Part shown: piece by piece, positions 8,726-19,153 of the stretch
Layout: each line of letters starts with the position of its first letter
Numbering within the stretch: position 1 is the first letter of the stretch
Notes under the pieces: generated by a model
Seen by the model: the letters and a program-made list of their open reading frames with translations, nothing else
What the model was told of the DNA's origin: nothing
Database searches by the model: none
Virus record (IMG/VR): IMGVR_UViG_3300011335_000314
Span: 1-39,520 of that record
Strand: one strand, 5' to 3'
DNA: 39,520 nucleotides
From: a virus
Lineage: Duplodnaviria > Caudoviricetes
Translations under genes and position numbers: made by a program

Positions 8726-9198
8726 TATACTTGTCCAATCTCTTTCATAACTTCGGCTGTTTTTTTGGTAATCTGGTGTGCCTTAGGCATTTTTTCTGAA
8801 TTGTATGCTTTGCCTAAAGTTTCTGATGCTTTATGTGCTGCTTCCACGTGGGCCATAGTTGTACCACTTGGTTGGATACCCTGCGCCCTAGCGTCTTTAT
8901 ACGCTTTTAGTTCGCTAGTCCACTTCTTGTCTGGTATGTCTCTAGCGGCATCTCCAGTATTAAGTTGTAATCCTTTTGCCTTACATCCGAAACATTCCCA
9001 AGGACCGCCACACTTGGTGTGGTCTACGCTCTCGAAAGTATTTGATATGAATGGCTCAACCGATGTATCTTCACAGTTAGTACACCCGTAGAGTGCTACT
9101 GTAGATTTTACATCCCCATCTATTAACTTGTATTCCCAAGAAACAACCTTGGTAATATGGTCACAATTACTGTGCTGTAAAGTTTGCTTCCGTGACAT
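8725..9198 (-). CDS. Hypothetical Cys-containing protein
   Basis: CTNC and CFGC motifs. Start codon uncertain. Confidence 0.6.
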   Translation of the reverse strand: MSRKQTLQHSNCDHITKVVSWEYKLIDGDVKSTVALYGCTNCEDTSVEPFISNTFESVDHTKCGGPWECFGCKAKGLQLNTGDAARDIPDKKWTSELKAYKDARAQGIQPSGTTMAHVEAAHKASETLGKAYNSEKMPKAHQITKKTAEVMKEIGQV

Positions 9199-9436
9199 CT
9201 ACGCCCCCTGCAATTAGTGCTGCCTTTGTTGCATCGTTTACGGTATGTTGATATCCGCCACGATAAACTTCTTGATATTCAAGCAGGTCTTCATCTACCG
9301 CATAGCGAGTTTGGTAGTACTGACCTTCACTCTTGACAATCGTAATTCCCTTACGTAAATTGGCAAAGTAAAATAATCTATGTCCTCCAGATGGACCTTC
9401 TAATACATATGGAGTTGTGAACGTCCAGTTTGCCAT
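9167..9436 (-). CDS. Hypothetical protein downstream of capsid
   Basis: AAGGAG RBS, 89 aa. Confidence 0.7.
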   Translation of the reverse strand: MANWTFTTPYVLEGPSGGHRLFYFANLRKGITIVKSEGQYYQTRYAVDEDLLEYQEVYRGGYQHTVNDATKAALIAGGVDVTEANFTAQ

Positions 9437-9455
9437 ATTGCTCCTTCTAATGGAT

Positions 9456-9498
9456 TTACTGTCAAGCAGGGAGATTGCTCCCCCTGCTCAACCGTCAA
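9456..9498 (-). terminator. Stem-loop after the major capsid gene (terminator or mRNA stabiliser)
   Basis: GTTGAGCAGGGGGA-GCAA-TCTCCCTGCTTGAC with a GNRA tetraloop. No U-tract. Confidence 0.55.
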
Positions 9499-9502
9499 TC
9501 AA

Positions 9503-10456
9503 TTAAGCGATTGATGAACCTGATTCGATTCGGTATAGTGCTTCTTCGCGGTAGCGAGCAAAGCCGAGTACGCCGTACCAACCCATTGGGCGGTGACGCA
9601 TCAACTTGTCAACGACTGGTCCGATGACTACATGTGGCTCTTCAGCAACTGCTTCTGCAAGCGCTTGCTGTCCAGCGATGATTGTGCGGTAGTTACGAGC
9701 AGATGCTGCTCCGTCTGTAGCGTTGTATAGACGTGGTGACTCTACGAAGTATGCACCTTCGTAAGTTCCGATTTCTCCAGCCCAGATGCGGTCCTGTGCA
9801 GAACCATACTGGTTAGGGAGAAGCCATCCTGCAGAACCTGTTTCTGCGCGAAGGTCGTGTGAAACTTCTGGGTGGATACCAGCCCAGTAAAGTGAACCCT
9901 TGCGAGCAACTGTCTTGCCTGCACGCAACTTCGCAACAGCCTTACGGATGTTAGCAGAAGATAGTGTTGCAGCAGCAGTAATTGTTGCTGTTGATGTTGC
10001 AGTTGCACCTGCGTAGATTACGTTTGAACCGCCGCGCAATGTTGTCATTGCTACTGCGTCGATTGAATCTGCAAGGTTAAATGCGATGATGTTAGCAATT
10101 GCTGGGTCTACATCAGCAAGGCTGAAGAGTTCCAAAGCACGTGTTACAAGAACAGAGTTACCGTACTCATTAAGAGTAATAGTAACAGATGTTGGTGTAG
10201 ACATTGCTACTGCATCTGGGTCAACTGTCTCTGTGAGAGCAGTTGTTGTTGGTGATAGGTCAACGTAGCGTTGTAGAACAACTGTTGAACCTGGGACTGC
10301 TTGCTTAGCAGGACGCTTATCTGCGACTGAACGAATGAGTGGCTCTGAACGGAGCGCAAACTCGAGAAGTCGGTCATAAGCCTTCTGTACTAAACCAGCA
10401 GAACCCGCGGTTCCGCCGAGAGAGGCGGAATCTGTGGATACGAATGCGTTAGCCAT
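9503..10456 (-). CDS. Major capsid protein (HK97 fold, N4 gp56-like)
   Basis: 317 aa directly after an acidic scaffold gene. LNEYGN, IHPEV..DLR, GEIGTYEGAYFVES and D.L.R...GWY motifs. Strong codon bias. Confidence 0.9.
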   Translation of the reverse strand: MANAFVSTDSASLGGTAGSAGLVQKAYDRLLEFALRSEPLIRSVADKRPAKQAVPGSTVVLQRYVDLSPTTTALTETVDPDAVAMSTPTSVTITLNEYGNSVLVTRALELFSLADVDPAIANIIAFNLADSIDAVAMTTLRGGSNVIYAGATATSTATITAAATLSSANIRKAVAKLRAGKTVARKGSLYWAGIHPEVSHDLRAETGSAGWLLPNQYGSAQDRIWAGEIGTYEGAYFVESPRLYNATDGAASARNYRTIIAGQQALAEAVAEEPHVVIGPVVDKLMRHRPMGWYGVLGFARYREEALYRIESGSSIA

Positions 10457-10490
10457 TTAGGTTATTTCCTTTTTGTAGTTAGAACTATGA

Positions 10491-10973
10491 TTAGTTTTGT
10501 GAGCCATAAATCATGTTGATGATTTCTTCCGCGGATTCCGCGTTATCAATTCTCATCGACATATCTTCGGCTCTGTCAGGTGTTGTTGCACCTTGAGTAA
10601 CCATATCTTGCTGACGTAATGCCGCACGATTTTGGTTATTCGTTTCAGGCGCATCCTGGCGCACTTCTAGTCCGAACAAGTCTGCATTATCATCGAGCCA
10701 GTTATTCACAGACTCCTCGTTAATGTCATCCAAGTCTTTTAGGACTAGTCGTATTGCTTTAGGATTCACACCCTTCTTTTCTAGGGTTTCTTTGACGATG
10801 CGCTCACGCTGCCCCTTGGATAATGTCTCAAGTTGCTCAGTAAGGTCTTTGATACGCTTTTCATCTGAACGTTTGGCTTTCCGCAACTTCTTTAAGAGGT
10901 CGCTTCCATCCATCTGTGTTTCTGTCTCGGTATCGAGGTCTTCGTCTTCGTCATCCCAGTAGTTGTTGCTCAT
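10491..10973 (-). CDS. Capsid scaffolding protein
   Basis: Acidic N-terminus MSNNYWDDEDEDLD and a coiled coil, immediately upstream of the capsid gene. AAGGGTGG RBS. Confidence 0.75.
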   Translation of the reverse strand: MSNNYWDDEDEDLDTETETQMDGSDLLKKLRKAKRSDEKRIKDLTEQLETLSKGQRERIVKETLEKKGVNPKAIRLVLKDLDDINEESVNNWLDDNADLFGLEVRQDAPETNNQNRAALRQQDMVTQGATTPDRAEDMSMRIDNAESAEEIINMIYGSQN

Positions 10974-11092
10974 AGCAACCACCCTTCTATTCGTTGTAGT
11001 CGCAAGCCTCAATTGCTAGTCGGGGAACTAGGTTGGCTCTTGCTATCGGTCTATTACGCTGACGGGGCCGATGGGTCCGTTCAGGATTCTAT

Positions 11093-12373
11093 TTATACTT
11101 GGCCGCTGGCCCTGTTCTGCGAAGCGAGTCTTCCGCTTCTAGCAGCAAATCTATTTCGTTCTTCTTCTTCGATTTTGCGAATCTTTTCATCCGCAGCAGC
11201 GTTAGCATTAAATGTTGATGCAATTGCATCTTCTTGGGTGAAATTAATACCACTCATCTTGCCAAGTGATTGACCACGTTCTAGCCGTTTGACTTCTCCA
11301 AACTTGGTGAGCGATGTACCGTACTCTGCTCCGCCCGCAGCAAGTTCTGAACCCATTGCTGAACTAATTGTAACGCCTTGGGATTTAGCAGCAGATACCT
11401 GTGAAATACTAGCAACCTTCTTCGTTAGTTCAAGAATACCATCTTTACCAAGCAATAATGCTTTGGCAATACCTGTTCGGTCAACTCCTGGAGCAAGTGC
11501 CTGCAGGTCTGCCTTAAGGGCTGAAGGTGCATTATCTATTGCTCCAAAAATATCTGTAATAATTTTGGTTGCTTCTGATACAGACTTGTTTGCTTCACCA
11601 AGTACTTTTGACGCTATTTCTGATGTTGCAAGTTCAGGCATACCCATAGTGCGGAATACATCGCCAAGTGCTTGTTCTGACTTTACATAGTCTGCAATAG
11701 TCGGGACCTGCACTGCTTCTCCAGCATTTAGTCTATCTTGTAATTTAAAGATTGCATCAAAACGTTGTACAAACTTGCTTGCCTTACCTTGCGCTTTTGC
11801 ATCTCGCAAAGCAAGATTTATTGCTTCGTCAGTTGTTGAGCCGCTATTAATAAATCCCTGTGTTAGTGTACGCAGTTCTTCAACCCAAGGTTGGCTTGCT
11901 TCTAGTTCACCCATTAAAAGGCCAACAGTATTTGCAAATGTATTTGCAGCAAGAGTTACAACGCCAGTATCTGTAAACCCAGTGCTTCCTGGATTTACTG
12001 GATTAGGAACTTCTTCTCCGTCAAATTCTCCACCAGCGCCGTCTGCATATACTGCAATACGGGTTCCAGATGTCTTTCCTGGCTTGTACTTTAAAATAGT
12101 GCCAGCCTTTGGAAATACCTTATCAGGAGGTGTAACTACTGGTTCTTTAGGAATTGGTTTATCGTAATTAACATCCGAGGAAGTGTCTTGATAAATACGT
12201 GAATCGTAGCGACTTGTAATTGGATTCTCAAGTGAATCAATGTAAGTTTTTTCTTTTGCTGCAGCCGTTGCTCTTGCTGCGCCTCTTGCTTCCATAGCCT
12301 TCTGCATGGTTGCCGCATCTGCCGCTGCTTTTTTTGCTGCCGCTACTTTCTTTTGTGCTGCTGTCTGTGCCAT
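11093..12373 (-). CDS. Putative internal virion (ejection) protein
   Basis: 426 aa, helical and Ala-rich, in the head module. Confidence 0.5.
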   Translation of the reverse strand: MAQTAAQKKVAAAKKAAADAATMQKAMEARGAARATAAAKEKTYIDSLENPITSRYDSRIYQDTSSDVNYDKPIPKEPVVTPPDKVFPKAGTILKYKPGKTSGTRIAVYADGAGGEFDGEEVPNPVNPGSTGFTDTGVVTLAANTFANTVGLLMGELEASQPWVEELRTLTQGFINSGSTTDEAINLALRDAKAQGKASKFVQRFDAIFKLQDRLNAGEAVQVPTIADYVKSEQALGDVFRTMGMPELATSEIASKVLGEANKSVSEATKIITDIFGAIDNAPSALKADLQALAPGVDRTGIAKALLLGKDGILELTKKVASISQVSAAKSQGVTISSAMGSELAAGGAEYGTSLTKFGEVKRLERGQSLGKMSGINFTQEDAIASTFNANAAADEKIRKIEEEERNRFAARSGRLASQNRASGQV

Positions 12374-13326
12374 TATATTCCATATCCTAATGCTTTGACA
12401 AGTGAAGATGCGCTATCGCGTGCTTCATTGTTTGCCTGTTGAGTTTTCTGGTATTCTGGTAAAGACTTTGTTTTAAGCAGTAAATCATAGTATGATGGTG
12501 CCACACCCTTACCGTCTGCACCAGCAGAGCGTGTGTAGGATAGAACAACTGGATGGTCCATCTTAATTGTGCCTGGGTCAACCTCTAGTGTCTTTGCAAC
12601 CATATTAATAATCGGAGAAGCAATATCATATGTTGTGAGAGTTGGGTCTAATTTAAATCTATCTGCAAATTGTGGGTATTCTCTAACAGCAATGTTCTGT
12701 AATTCTACAGTGTATTCATCAAGTGTTTTTTTGCCCATAGCAATTAACTTAGCCGCAGCCTTTGTTTCTACATCAGATACACCCATAAGTTGAAATTTGT
12801 CAACTAGCGCACGAACCTGAGCCAGTGTTGCAAGGTTTTTTGGTGCAAGTGCCTTGTCATCTGCAAAACTAATCTTGTTCCAGACCCAGTCCGATGCGAA
12901 CTGTGTCGGCTTAAAGAATGATGGATATTCTGTTTTAGCAACGCTTTCTGCGGTCTTGGTAACAGCCTCTGGTGTTGCTCCAGGGGTTGTCTTTGAAGCA
13001 GTAGATGTTACTACCTTTTCAACCTGACGTGCTTGTTCAGCATCAAACTCTTTCATAAACTGCGTAATATCTGCAGTTGAGAACTTACCCGTATAACCAT
13101 TTGCCTCGGCAGCGGCCTCCATGAGAGCGCGTGCTGATTCTGTGGTTAACTTGGTTCTAACAGTTGAGATACCTGTACCAGACTTTGGGCCAGAGTTGAT
13201 AGCCTGTTCTGTTAAAAGATATTGAGAATACTTGTCATACTGTTGTCTTTCTGTTGCAGACAATACACCGTCTCCACCTTTAGGTTCAGTGTCAAAAAGT
13301 GCTTCTTGTGGTGTAAGTTCTACCAT
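12373..13326 (-). CDS. Putative internal virion (ejection) protein
   Basis: 317 aa, helical, translationally coupled to its neighbours. Confidence 0.5.
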   Translation of the reverse strand: MVELTPQEALFDTEPKGGDGVLSATERQQYDKYSQYLLTEQAINSGPKSGTGISTVRTKLTTESARALMEAAAEANGYTGKFSTADITQFMKEFDAEQARQVEKVVTSTASKTTPGATPEAVTKTAESVAKTEYPSFFKPTQFASDWVWNKISFADDKALAPKNLATLAQVRALVDKFQLMGVSDVETKAAAKLIAMGKKTLDEYTVELQNIAVREYPQFADRFKLDPTLTTYDIASPIINMVAKTLEVDPGTIKMDHPVVLSYTRSAGADGKGVAPSYYDLLLKTKSLPEYQKTQQANNEARDSASSLVKALGYGI

Positions 13327-13327
13327 A

Positions 13328-16300
13328 TTAATTAACCGCCTTTAGTGAATCATTATCAAAATATCGTGTAATAATGGTATTTAAATTACCATCCCACTGT
13401 CCAACATTTTGTTTAATCCAAGCATTGTAGTTATTCATTAATTGACCCTTACGTGGGTCATAATCAGGTAACAATTGATAGATGTTTACAAACATTGTAC
13501 GAGCATTTAAAAACTCTTTAACGTCCATCCAGTATTGGCTATTGCCATGTTTAGCCATAAATTTTTCATCATTAATGATTGCTGAAAATCCTTTGGCATA
13601 CTTATAGGAGGTGTCTCCGCTTTCGGCAAGTTGAAGTTGATTGTACCATTCTTCACTTTGGTCCCGAAGAACGCCAACGGCAAGGGTATCTAAAACAATT
13701 TTAAGTTCTGGGTGAGCACGTAATGTCTTACCATCGGTAATCTTGTTTTCTAAAGCCGTTTTAATAACCATGTAATCGTTCCATGTGCGTTGCTTAAGAC
13801 GTTCTTTTTCAATTTCTTGAGGAGTCATTTTAAGTTCATTAAGATTCTTGCTTGTTCCAGGAAGTACTGCATTTGGATTAGAAAGAAGTTTAAGAATATT
13901 GTTTGATTGTGTTAATGGGTCATAATCTAAATCAGAAGTTAGCAAGCCAACTATTCCAATATCACTTGAGTCAATGTTGGCAAGTACTCCAACAAGTTCA
14001 TCATTGTCTTCCATAATGCGTGAGTATGCTTCGCTCGTTGCAGGAAAGTTTAAATTCTTGTTTGAACCAACAAATGATACTCTATCAACCATAAACTCTG
14101 GTCCAAGAGTGTTAATCATTTCATCACCAGCAGCAGCGCGGGCATCATCGTTAGACATGCCCTGAAGACTGTACTTTTGTATTAACTTCCAGTATAGATT
14201 TGAAGTAAGAGACATTGGGTTAGTCTCAATTTTGTAAGGAATACCTGCAAATGGTGATGCCCATGTAGATAAGAATTTGGCGCGGAATAGACCCTTTACT
14301 TGCTTTTCTATTTCTGCATCAGATGGCATTTTATCCTGAATTCCCATTTCAACCAACATTGCATTGTAGTTGTAAACAGATTTCCAAGAACTTAGGTAAT
14401 CGTTTTGTCCACTCTTACCAAATATTGTATTAGCAATATCTCTTTGCCATCCTGAATATGGAAGTAAGGAATTTGTAGCACTCTTGAGCCAAGGAGGAGT
14501 GTATGCATCTTTTACGGATGTTGGTGCGCCATAAGGGAATATAACCTTGTACCAGTTAGTCCCATCCCAGGTCATAAGTTCTTCAACGTCTGCCTCTGTT
14601 TTATGGAATTTCTGCATTAATTGTCCTACTGAAAGTCCTGTAACAAATGACGGTCCTGGACGGTTAAGCAAGAAACCTAGTGACTGAGCATTAAGTTTTG
14701 CTTCTTGTCCAAATACAGCACTAAAGCCAGGTACAACTTTTGCTGCTTCTTTGGCCCCAGGTACAATCAAGTGAGTCATTTTGTCAATGTCATCAGTAGG
14801 GTTGCCAGATTCATCGACACCAAACGTCAAATACGCACGACCATAGTTAGATACAAAGTTTGCTGTACGAACTGGGTTTTTTGCAGCAAGGCGACCATAA
14901 CGCAAGAATGCGTTAACGTTGGCACCTGGGAATGCAGTAACTGCACGCAATGAGTTAATCAAACGATTTGGATTATTAACAGTATAAAGAGTCTTCTCCA
15001 TCTGTTCCAAAGCCTCACGCCCTGCAGATTGACGTATAGCATTCCATTGACCTGTTGTCATATCAACGTTTTGTTCAATTAAGTATGCTGCTTTTTTTGC
15101 AACATTCTCAACAGCAAACTTTTCAAATACCTGAGCACGAATAGGGTTTTCAACGCTTGCAAGTAAGCCCATATATTTAGTCATTACTCTATCTGGCACG
15201 GCTGCTATTTTTCCAACAGTACCCATACCAAATGTTAATGCCTCATAATTATGATTAGATGGGATAATATCATATAACTCATCAACATAAGGCGCAAGAG
15301 TTTTTTCTAATTGCGTTCCCGTTACTTCGCCCTTAACGATAGCAGCACGCGCCTCATAGGATGGGTACATACGCTGAACAAGGGCAATTTTTTCAGTAAG
15401 GTATGGCACAATATCTTCTGTATCAAATACGCCAAATGACTTTAAGTAAGCGCGACCTTCTTCTGTTTTACCCCAACGTATGATATCTTTTGGTGATTGC
15501 TCAGCAAAGATTCTATCCATGAGTTTATCGCCTCGATATTGGCGATTAGCAATATATGCTAACTCTGCAAAATAATTCTCGTCTGCAACGCCAATTTTAG
15601 ACAAAGGTATTTTACGCCTAATTGAAGAGTGTGCAGTTGCTCCAGCCTTTTCTCCCAAAAAGTTAATCATTTGAGTTCTGGCGTTTTTTGTTTCTTCTCG
15701 TACTGCTGCAGTAAAGTTACTTGCACTTCCACCACTTTGCTCTTGAATAAAAGAGTCGATATGGTGCTGGACGCCACTTAGAACAACAGTATGCTTTTCT
15801 TTTGAATAGTAACGTTCTTTAAATTTTTCACTCTTACCAAATACATCTGCTTTTCTGACTATGGCTTCGCCAAGTTCTTTAACAGTGCTGTCAATAACAT
15901 CGTATGCTTTTTGAACTGCATTATCAGCATCCATTATTACTTTTTTATTAGTTGGCATTTTACTAATTATTTTTTTATAATTATCTATTGCCGCTTTTGC
16001 TGCTTTAATCTCTGCAGTTTTTTTAGTAATGCCTGGATTGGCTTCTAGGTATGCAATTCTACGCTCTAGCGTTACCATGCTTGGTATAGCCTTTGTAGCG
16101 CCATAAGGAACCATTGCATCACGCAAGTCTAACTCTAGTTTATCTACAATATCTTCAATAGCCTTTAGTTCTTTTTTGGCAGCAGATAAATGTTGAGACT
16201 TTGTTGCTGGAGATGCATTTGTAAGTAGGTCGTTAACAGACGCTTCTGCGGCATTCTTTGCAGCAATAGCCTCTTGTAGCATTAAAGACCTATCTGATAC

Positions 16301-18448
16301 ATTATCAACTACGGCCTTACGCTCTGCTCTATCAATAACTTTTCTTTGCATAGTGTTTGCAGCAAAGTTATACCAGTTTTTGCTTGTTTTCCAAGTGCCA
16401 GCCAGAACAATTTCTTTTCTTACAAAGTTGGAGCCGAGTGCTAAACTAGAACTAATTAGTGGCTCAAATATTGATTGTTTAAATGCATATGATGGACGAG
16501 CAAGAACGTCAAATGTCCAGACTTTATTTAGTTCAGCAAATATATCTCTGCCACCGCGGTTAACAATTAAACCAACCTTTTTAGTTCCTTTTGCTGCTTC
16601 AATATTGAGTTGACGTTCAATTTTATCCCAAGGTGTAAAGCGATAAGATTCTGCAAGGTCACGAACTGTTTGAGGCTTAACAAGAGTTACGTTTCCGTCA
16701 TAGCCAATACCAAAACCATTATTCTTTAGGGATTCCATTCCCTTGCTAACATTCATTTGGAATCGCGCTACATAACTATCAATTTCCAATTGATTGAACT
16801 TGCCAGCCTTATATGCAAGCATGTTTCCAATTTGAGTATCAATTGATTTAAGTGCTTCTACTTGTGCAATTTGTCCCTTGCCCAGGCTGTTCATGAATTC
16901 ATCTTCTAGGCGAGCGCGAACAACTGAAACTTTTTCTTCAAGTCTTACGCCACCAGAAAAACCTGTCATGATTGTATCATCAGCATTTTTCAACATTTTC
17001 ATGTTGTTGATGAATCCAGTAAATTCCATACGCGCTTGTAATGGGCGCATACCAGATAAAGATACAAACCCAGCAGGCAAAGCATCTGTTGCTGGACCAA
17101 CTTTTTTAAGACCTTTAATTACTAAACCACCAGCAGTTTCACCAATTGCTGCTTCGACAAATCCTGAAACCTTTGAATAGTCACGACTGCGGATTGCTGA
17201 CGTTGTTCTAAGACGACCACGTTGTGCTTTAACTAATGCAGAAGCGCCAAATATAGGCTCAATAGGCATATACGCTTTTCCGCCAAAAGTTATATCGCCT
17301 GCATCATCAAAAAGTGCATTTTTAATTTTTACAAATTGTGGGTCACTCTTAATGGCGTCGTCAAATACTTTGCTTAGGCGCTCAGCGGAAGCCTTTGATG
17401 GAAGATATGTTCTTCCTTGTTCAATCATTTTATTTCGTAGTTGCGATTTTACATCAGCGATATCAAATAGATGATGGCTTGCTGTTCCAGTAGCCAAACG
17501 CTGCATTGCAGCAATATCTCCCTTATCTGCAAGCAGTAAATCTTTAACTGCATTTGCATCTGATGCTTCGCGGATAATAGGGATTAACTTTTCATTTGTG
17601 CTATACTTGGTTACTATATCTTCTACAATAGACCAGTCTCTAGTTTGCGCAAGCAGTAGTACTTGGCTCCCTGAAACAGTTTGCGCTCCTTGAAGGCCAT
17701 TAGTACTAGCATGTAAAATGCCAGTTTCCATGTCTGCGCCCAATGCAGCAACGGTCTTACCTTTAGTGTACAGACCTGCAGGTTTTGCAACAGCCTTGAC
17801 GCCTTTGCCTACAACCTTGCCAGCAACATTAAGTCCTTTTACGCCAACAAGAAGGTCACCAATGCCCGTAAACCAACGACCAACTGCGTTGTCAGTAAAG
17901 TTTTCTTTAAGACTTTCATCGCTCCATAAGTCAACTTCATAAAGGTCAACCCCAGCCTTATCAAGACCGTATGTAGCGTAAGACCCAATAATTGGGACTG
18001 CCCAAACTGATTTAGTTAATGCTTGTGCTGCACTTACTTTTTCACTACGATTCCACGCTGCTTTAATATCAGAAAACTGAAAACCTTCTTCAAACTGACC
18101 TTTTTTATAAAGTTGATTAGTACTGGTTTGGTCGGCTAATATACCAGCCGTACCAATACTACGCATAAGCGGTGAGTATACTTTTTCAATAAATGGAACA
18201 GCAACATACTTAAGAAGTACATCTGCTGTAGACTTAAGAGCAGCCTTTTTGTACTTATATGTAGGGTCAAGTTCTAAAGTTTTATCAACAGTAGAAAGAG
18301 CATCTTTTACAGTTGCATTAAATTCATCTGTTCTTTTTCTTTCGTCTTCATTAAGATAGTCGCCGCCACCTGTAAGATTTTTTCCAACAGCGCCTGCAGT
18401 AGATTTAGCACTGGAGATAGCGCTGGTAAATGAGTCCCACCAAGACAT
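13328..18448 (-). CDS. Large putative internal virion/ejection protein (1706 aa)
   Basis: Very long helical ORF in the structural operon. No clear tape-measure repeats or enzyme motif. Confidence 0.55.
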   Translation of the reverse strand: MSWWDSFTSAISSAKSTAGAVGKNLTGGGDYLNEDERKRTDEFNATVKDALSTVDKTLELDPTYKYKKAALKSTADVLLKYVAVPFIEKVYSPLMRSIGTAGILADQTSTNQLYKKGQFEEGFQFSDIKAAWNRSEKVSAAQALTKSVWAVPIIGSYATYGLDKAGVDLYEVDLWSDESLKENFTDNAVGRWFTGIGDLLVGVKGLNVAGKVVGKGVKAVAKPAGLYTKGKTVAALGADMETGILHASTNGLQGAQTVSGSQVLLLAQTRDWSIVEDIVTKYSTNEKLIPIIREASDANAVKDLLLADKGDIAAMQRLATGTASHHLFDIADVKSQLRNKMIEQGRTYLPSKASAERLSKVFDDAIKSDPQFVKIKNALFDDAGDITFGGKAYMPIEPIFGASALVKAQRGRLRTTSAIRSRDYSKVSGFVEAAIGETAGGLVIKGLKKVGPATDALPAGFVSLSGMRPLQARMEFTGFINNMKMLKNADDTIMTGFSGGVRLEEKVSVVRARLEDEFMNSLGKGQIAQVEALKSIDTQIGNMLAYKAGKFNQLEIDSYVARFQMNVSKGMESLKNNGFGIGYDGNVTLVKPQTVRDLAESYRFTPWDKIERQLNIEAAKGTKKVGLIVNRGGRDIFAELNKVWTFDVLARPSYAFKQSIFEPLISSSLALGSNFVRKEIVLAGTWKTSKNWYNFAANTMQRKVIDRAERKAVVDNVSDRSLMLQEAIAAKNAAEASVNDLLTNASPATKSQHLSAAKKELKAIEDIVDKLELDLRDAMVPYGATKAIPSMVTLERRIAYLEANPGITKKTAEIKAAKAAIDNYKKIISKMPTNKKVIMDADNAVQKAYDVIDSTVKELGEAIVRKADVFGKSEKFKERYYSKEKHTVVLSGVQHHIDSFIQEQSGGSASNFTAAVREETKNARTQMINFLGEKAGATAHSSIRRKIPLSKIGVADENYFAELAYIANRQYRGDKLMDRIFAEQSPKDIIRWGKTEEGRAYLKSFGVFDTEDIVPYLTEKIALVQRMYPSYEARAAIVKGEVTGTQLEKTLAPYVDELYDIIPSNHNYEALTFGMGTVGKIAAVPDRVMTKYMGLLASVENPIRAQVFEKFAVENVAKKAAYLIEQNVDMTTGQWNAIRQSAGREALEQMEKTLYTVNNPNRLINSLRAVTAFPGANVNAFLRYGRLAAKNPVRTANFVSNYGRAYLTFGVDESGNPTDDIDKMTHLIVPGAKEAAKVVPGFSAVFGQEAKLNAQSLGFLLNRPGPSFVTGLSVGQLMQKFHKTEADVEELMTWDGTNWYKVIFPYGAPTSVKDAYTPPWLKSATNSLLPYSGWQRDIANTIFGKSGQNDYLSSWKSVYNYNAMLVEMGIQDKMPSDAEIEKQVKGLFRAKFLSTWASPFAGIPYKIETNPMSLTSNLYWKLIQKYSLQGMSNDDARAAAGDEMINTLGPEFMVDRVSFVGSNKNLNFPATSEAYSRIMEDNDELVGVLANIDSSDIGIVGLLTSDLDYDPLTQSNNILKLLSNPNAVLPGTSKNLNELKMTPQEIEKERLKQRTWNDYMVIKTALENKITDGKTLRAHPELKIVLDTLAVGVLRDQSEEWYNQLQLAESGDTSYKYAKGFSAIINDEKFMAKHGNSQYWMDVKEFLNARTMFVNIYQLLPDYDPRKGQLMNNYNAWIKQNVGQWDGNLNTIITRYFDNDSLKAVN

Positions 18449-18457
18449 TCCTACCCC

Positions 18458-18667
18458 CTAGTACTTTCGTTTAATATAATTTTTTTCTGTTCCGCCTTGT
18501 ACTTCAGCATTAGTAATGCTAATAATAAAAGCATCTCTTTCTTCTGGAGAGTTCCAGGACATCATTGCAAGTTCCATAGCAACACCTGCATTTTGATATC
18601 CAAGTGAATTTGCAAACTTATCAACGTTATCAAAAAAACTACCAGGCATCCACATAGAATCAGCCAT
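18458..18667 (-). CDS. Hypothetical protein
   Basis: Short ORF overlapping the upstream stop. Start uncertain (18667 or 18655). Confidence 0.55.
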   Translation of the reverse strand: MADSMWMPGSFFDNVDKFANSLGYQNAGVAMELAMMSWNSPEERDAFIISITNAEVQGGTEKNYIKRKY

Positions 18668-19145
18668 TATTATTAAAACCTCGAGCGTTTTCAATCAAGT
18701 AATTTACAAAACGCTTAAACGAATCTGGAGCGTTTGGAGACTGTGCGGCAAATGCCAAGTCTGGCAAATATTCTCGAGCAATTTTTGCATTCTCATCCAT
18801 GCGACTATCATTTGTTAAATTCTTTGGAAGCGCTTCACTTCCTGGACCAGGACCAAAATCTACACCTGCTGTAATTGGTTCATTTGGTCTAGTTGTTGGG
18901 TCAAACAATGTTCCTAGTTGAGGAAAATTAACACCTGCGTAAGGTTCTTGGGGTGCGGATGGTGTTGCTGCTTGAGCCGATGCCATTGCTTGATTACCCT
19001 CTACGCGCTGGTTATTTACTGTTTGATTTTGTCCGTATGCAAAGCCAGTGTAGTTACCACTCTGCCCTGCTCCGCCAGTACCTGAAACGTTAGCAGGATT
19101 ATTTTGAGGTGCGGTTGGTCGCATTCCTCCACGATTTTCTGCCAT
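18660..19145 (-). CDS. Hypothetical Pro/Gly-rich head-module protein
   Basis: AGGAG RBS. RPNEPITAGVDFGPGPGSEAL motif. Confidence 0.7.
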   Translation of the reverse strand: MAENRGGMRPTAPQNNPANVSGTGGAGQSGNYTGFAYGQNQTVNNQRVEGNQAMASAQAATPSAPQEPYAGVNFPQLGTLFDPTTRPNEPITAGVDFGPGPGSEALPKNLTNDSRMDENAKIAREYLPDLAFAAQSPNAPDSFKRFVNYLIENARGFNNNG

Positions 19146-19153
19146 TGTTACTC

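Noticed and set aside
13919-13933. DLDYD in the 1706 aa protein as a virion RNA polymerase DxDxD motif
   Set aside because: No supporting double-psi-barrel context was recognised, and the early genes have host-type promoters. A structure search would be needed to revive the idea.
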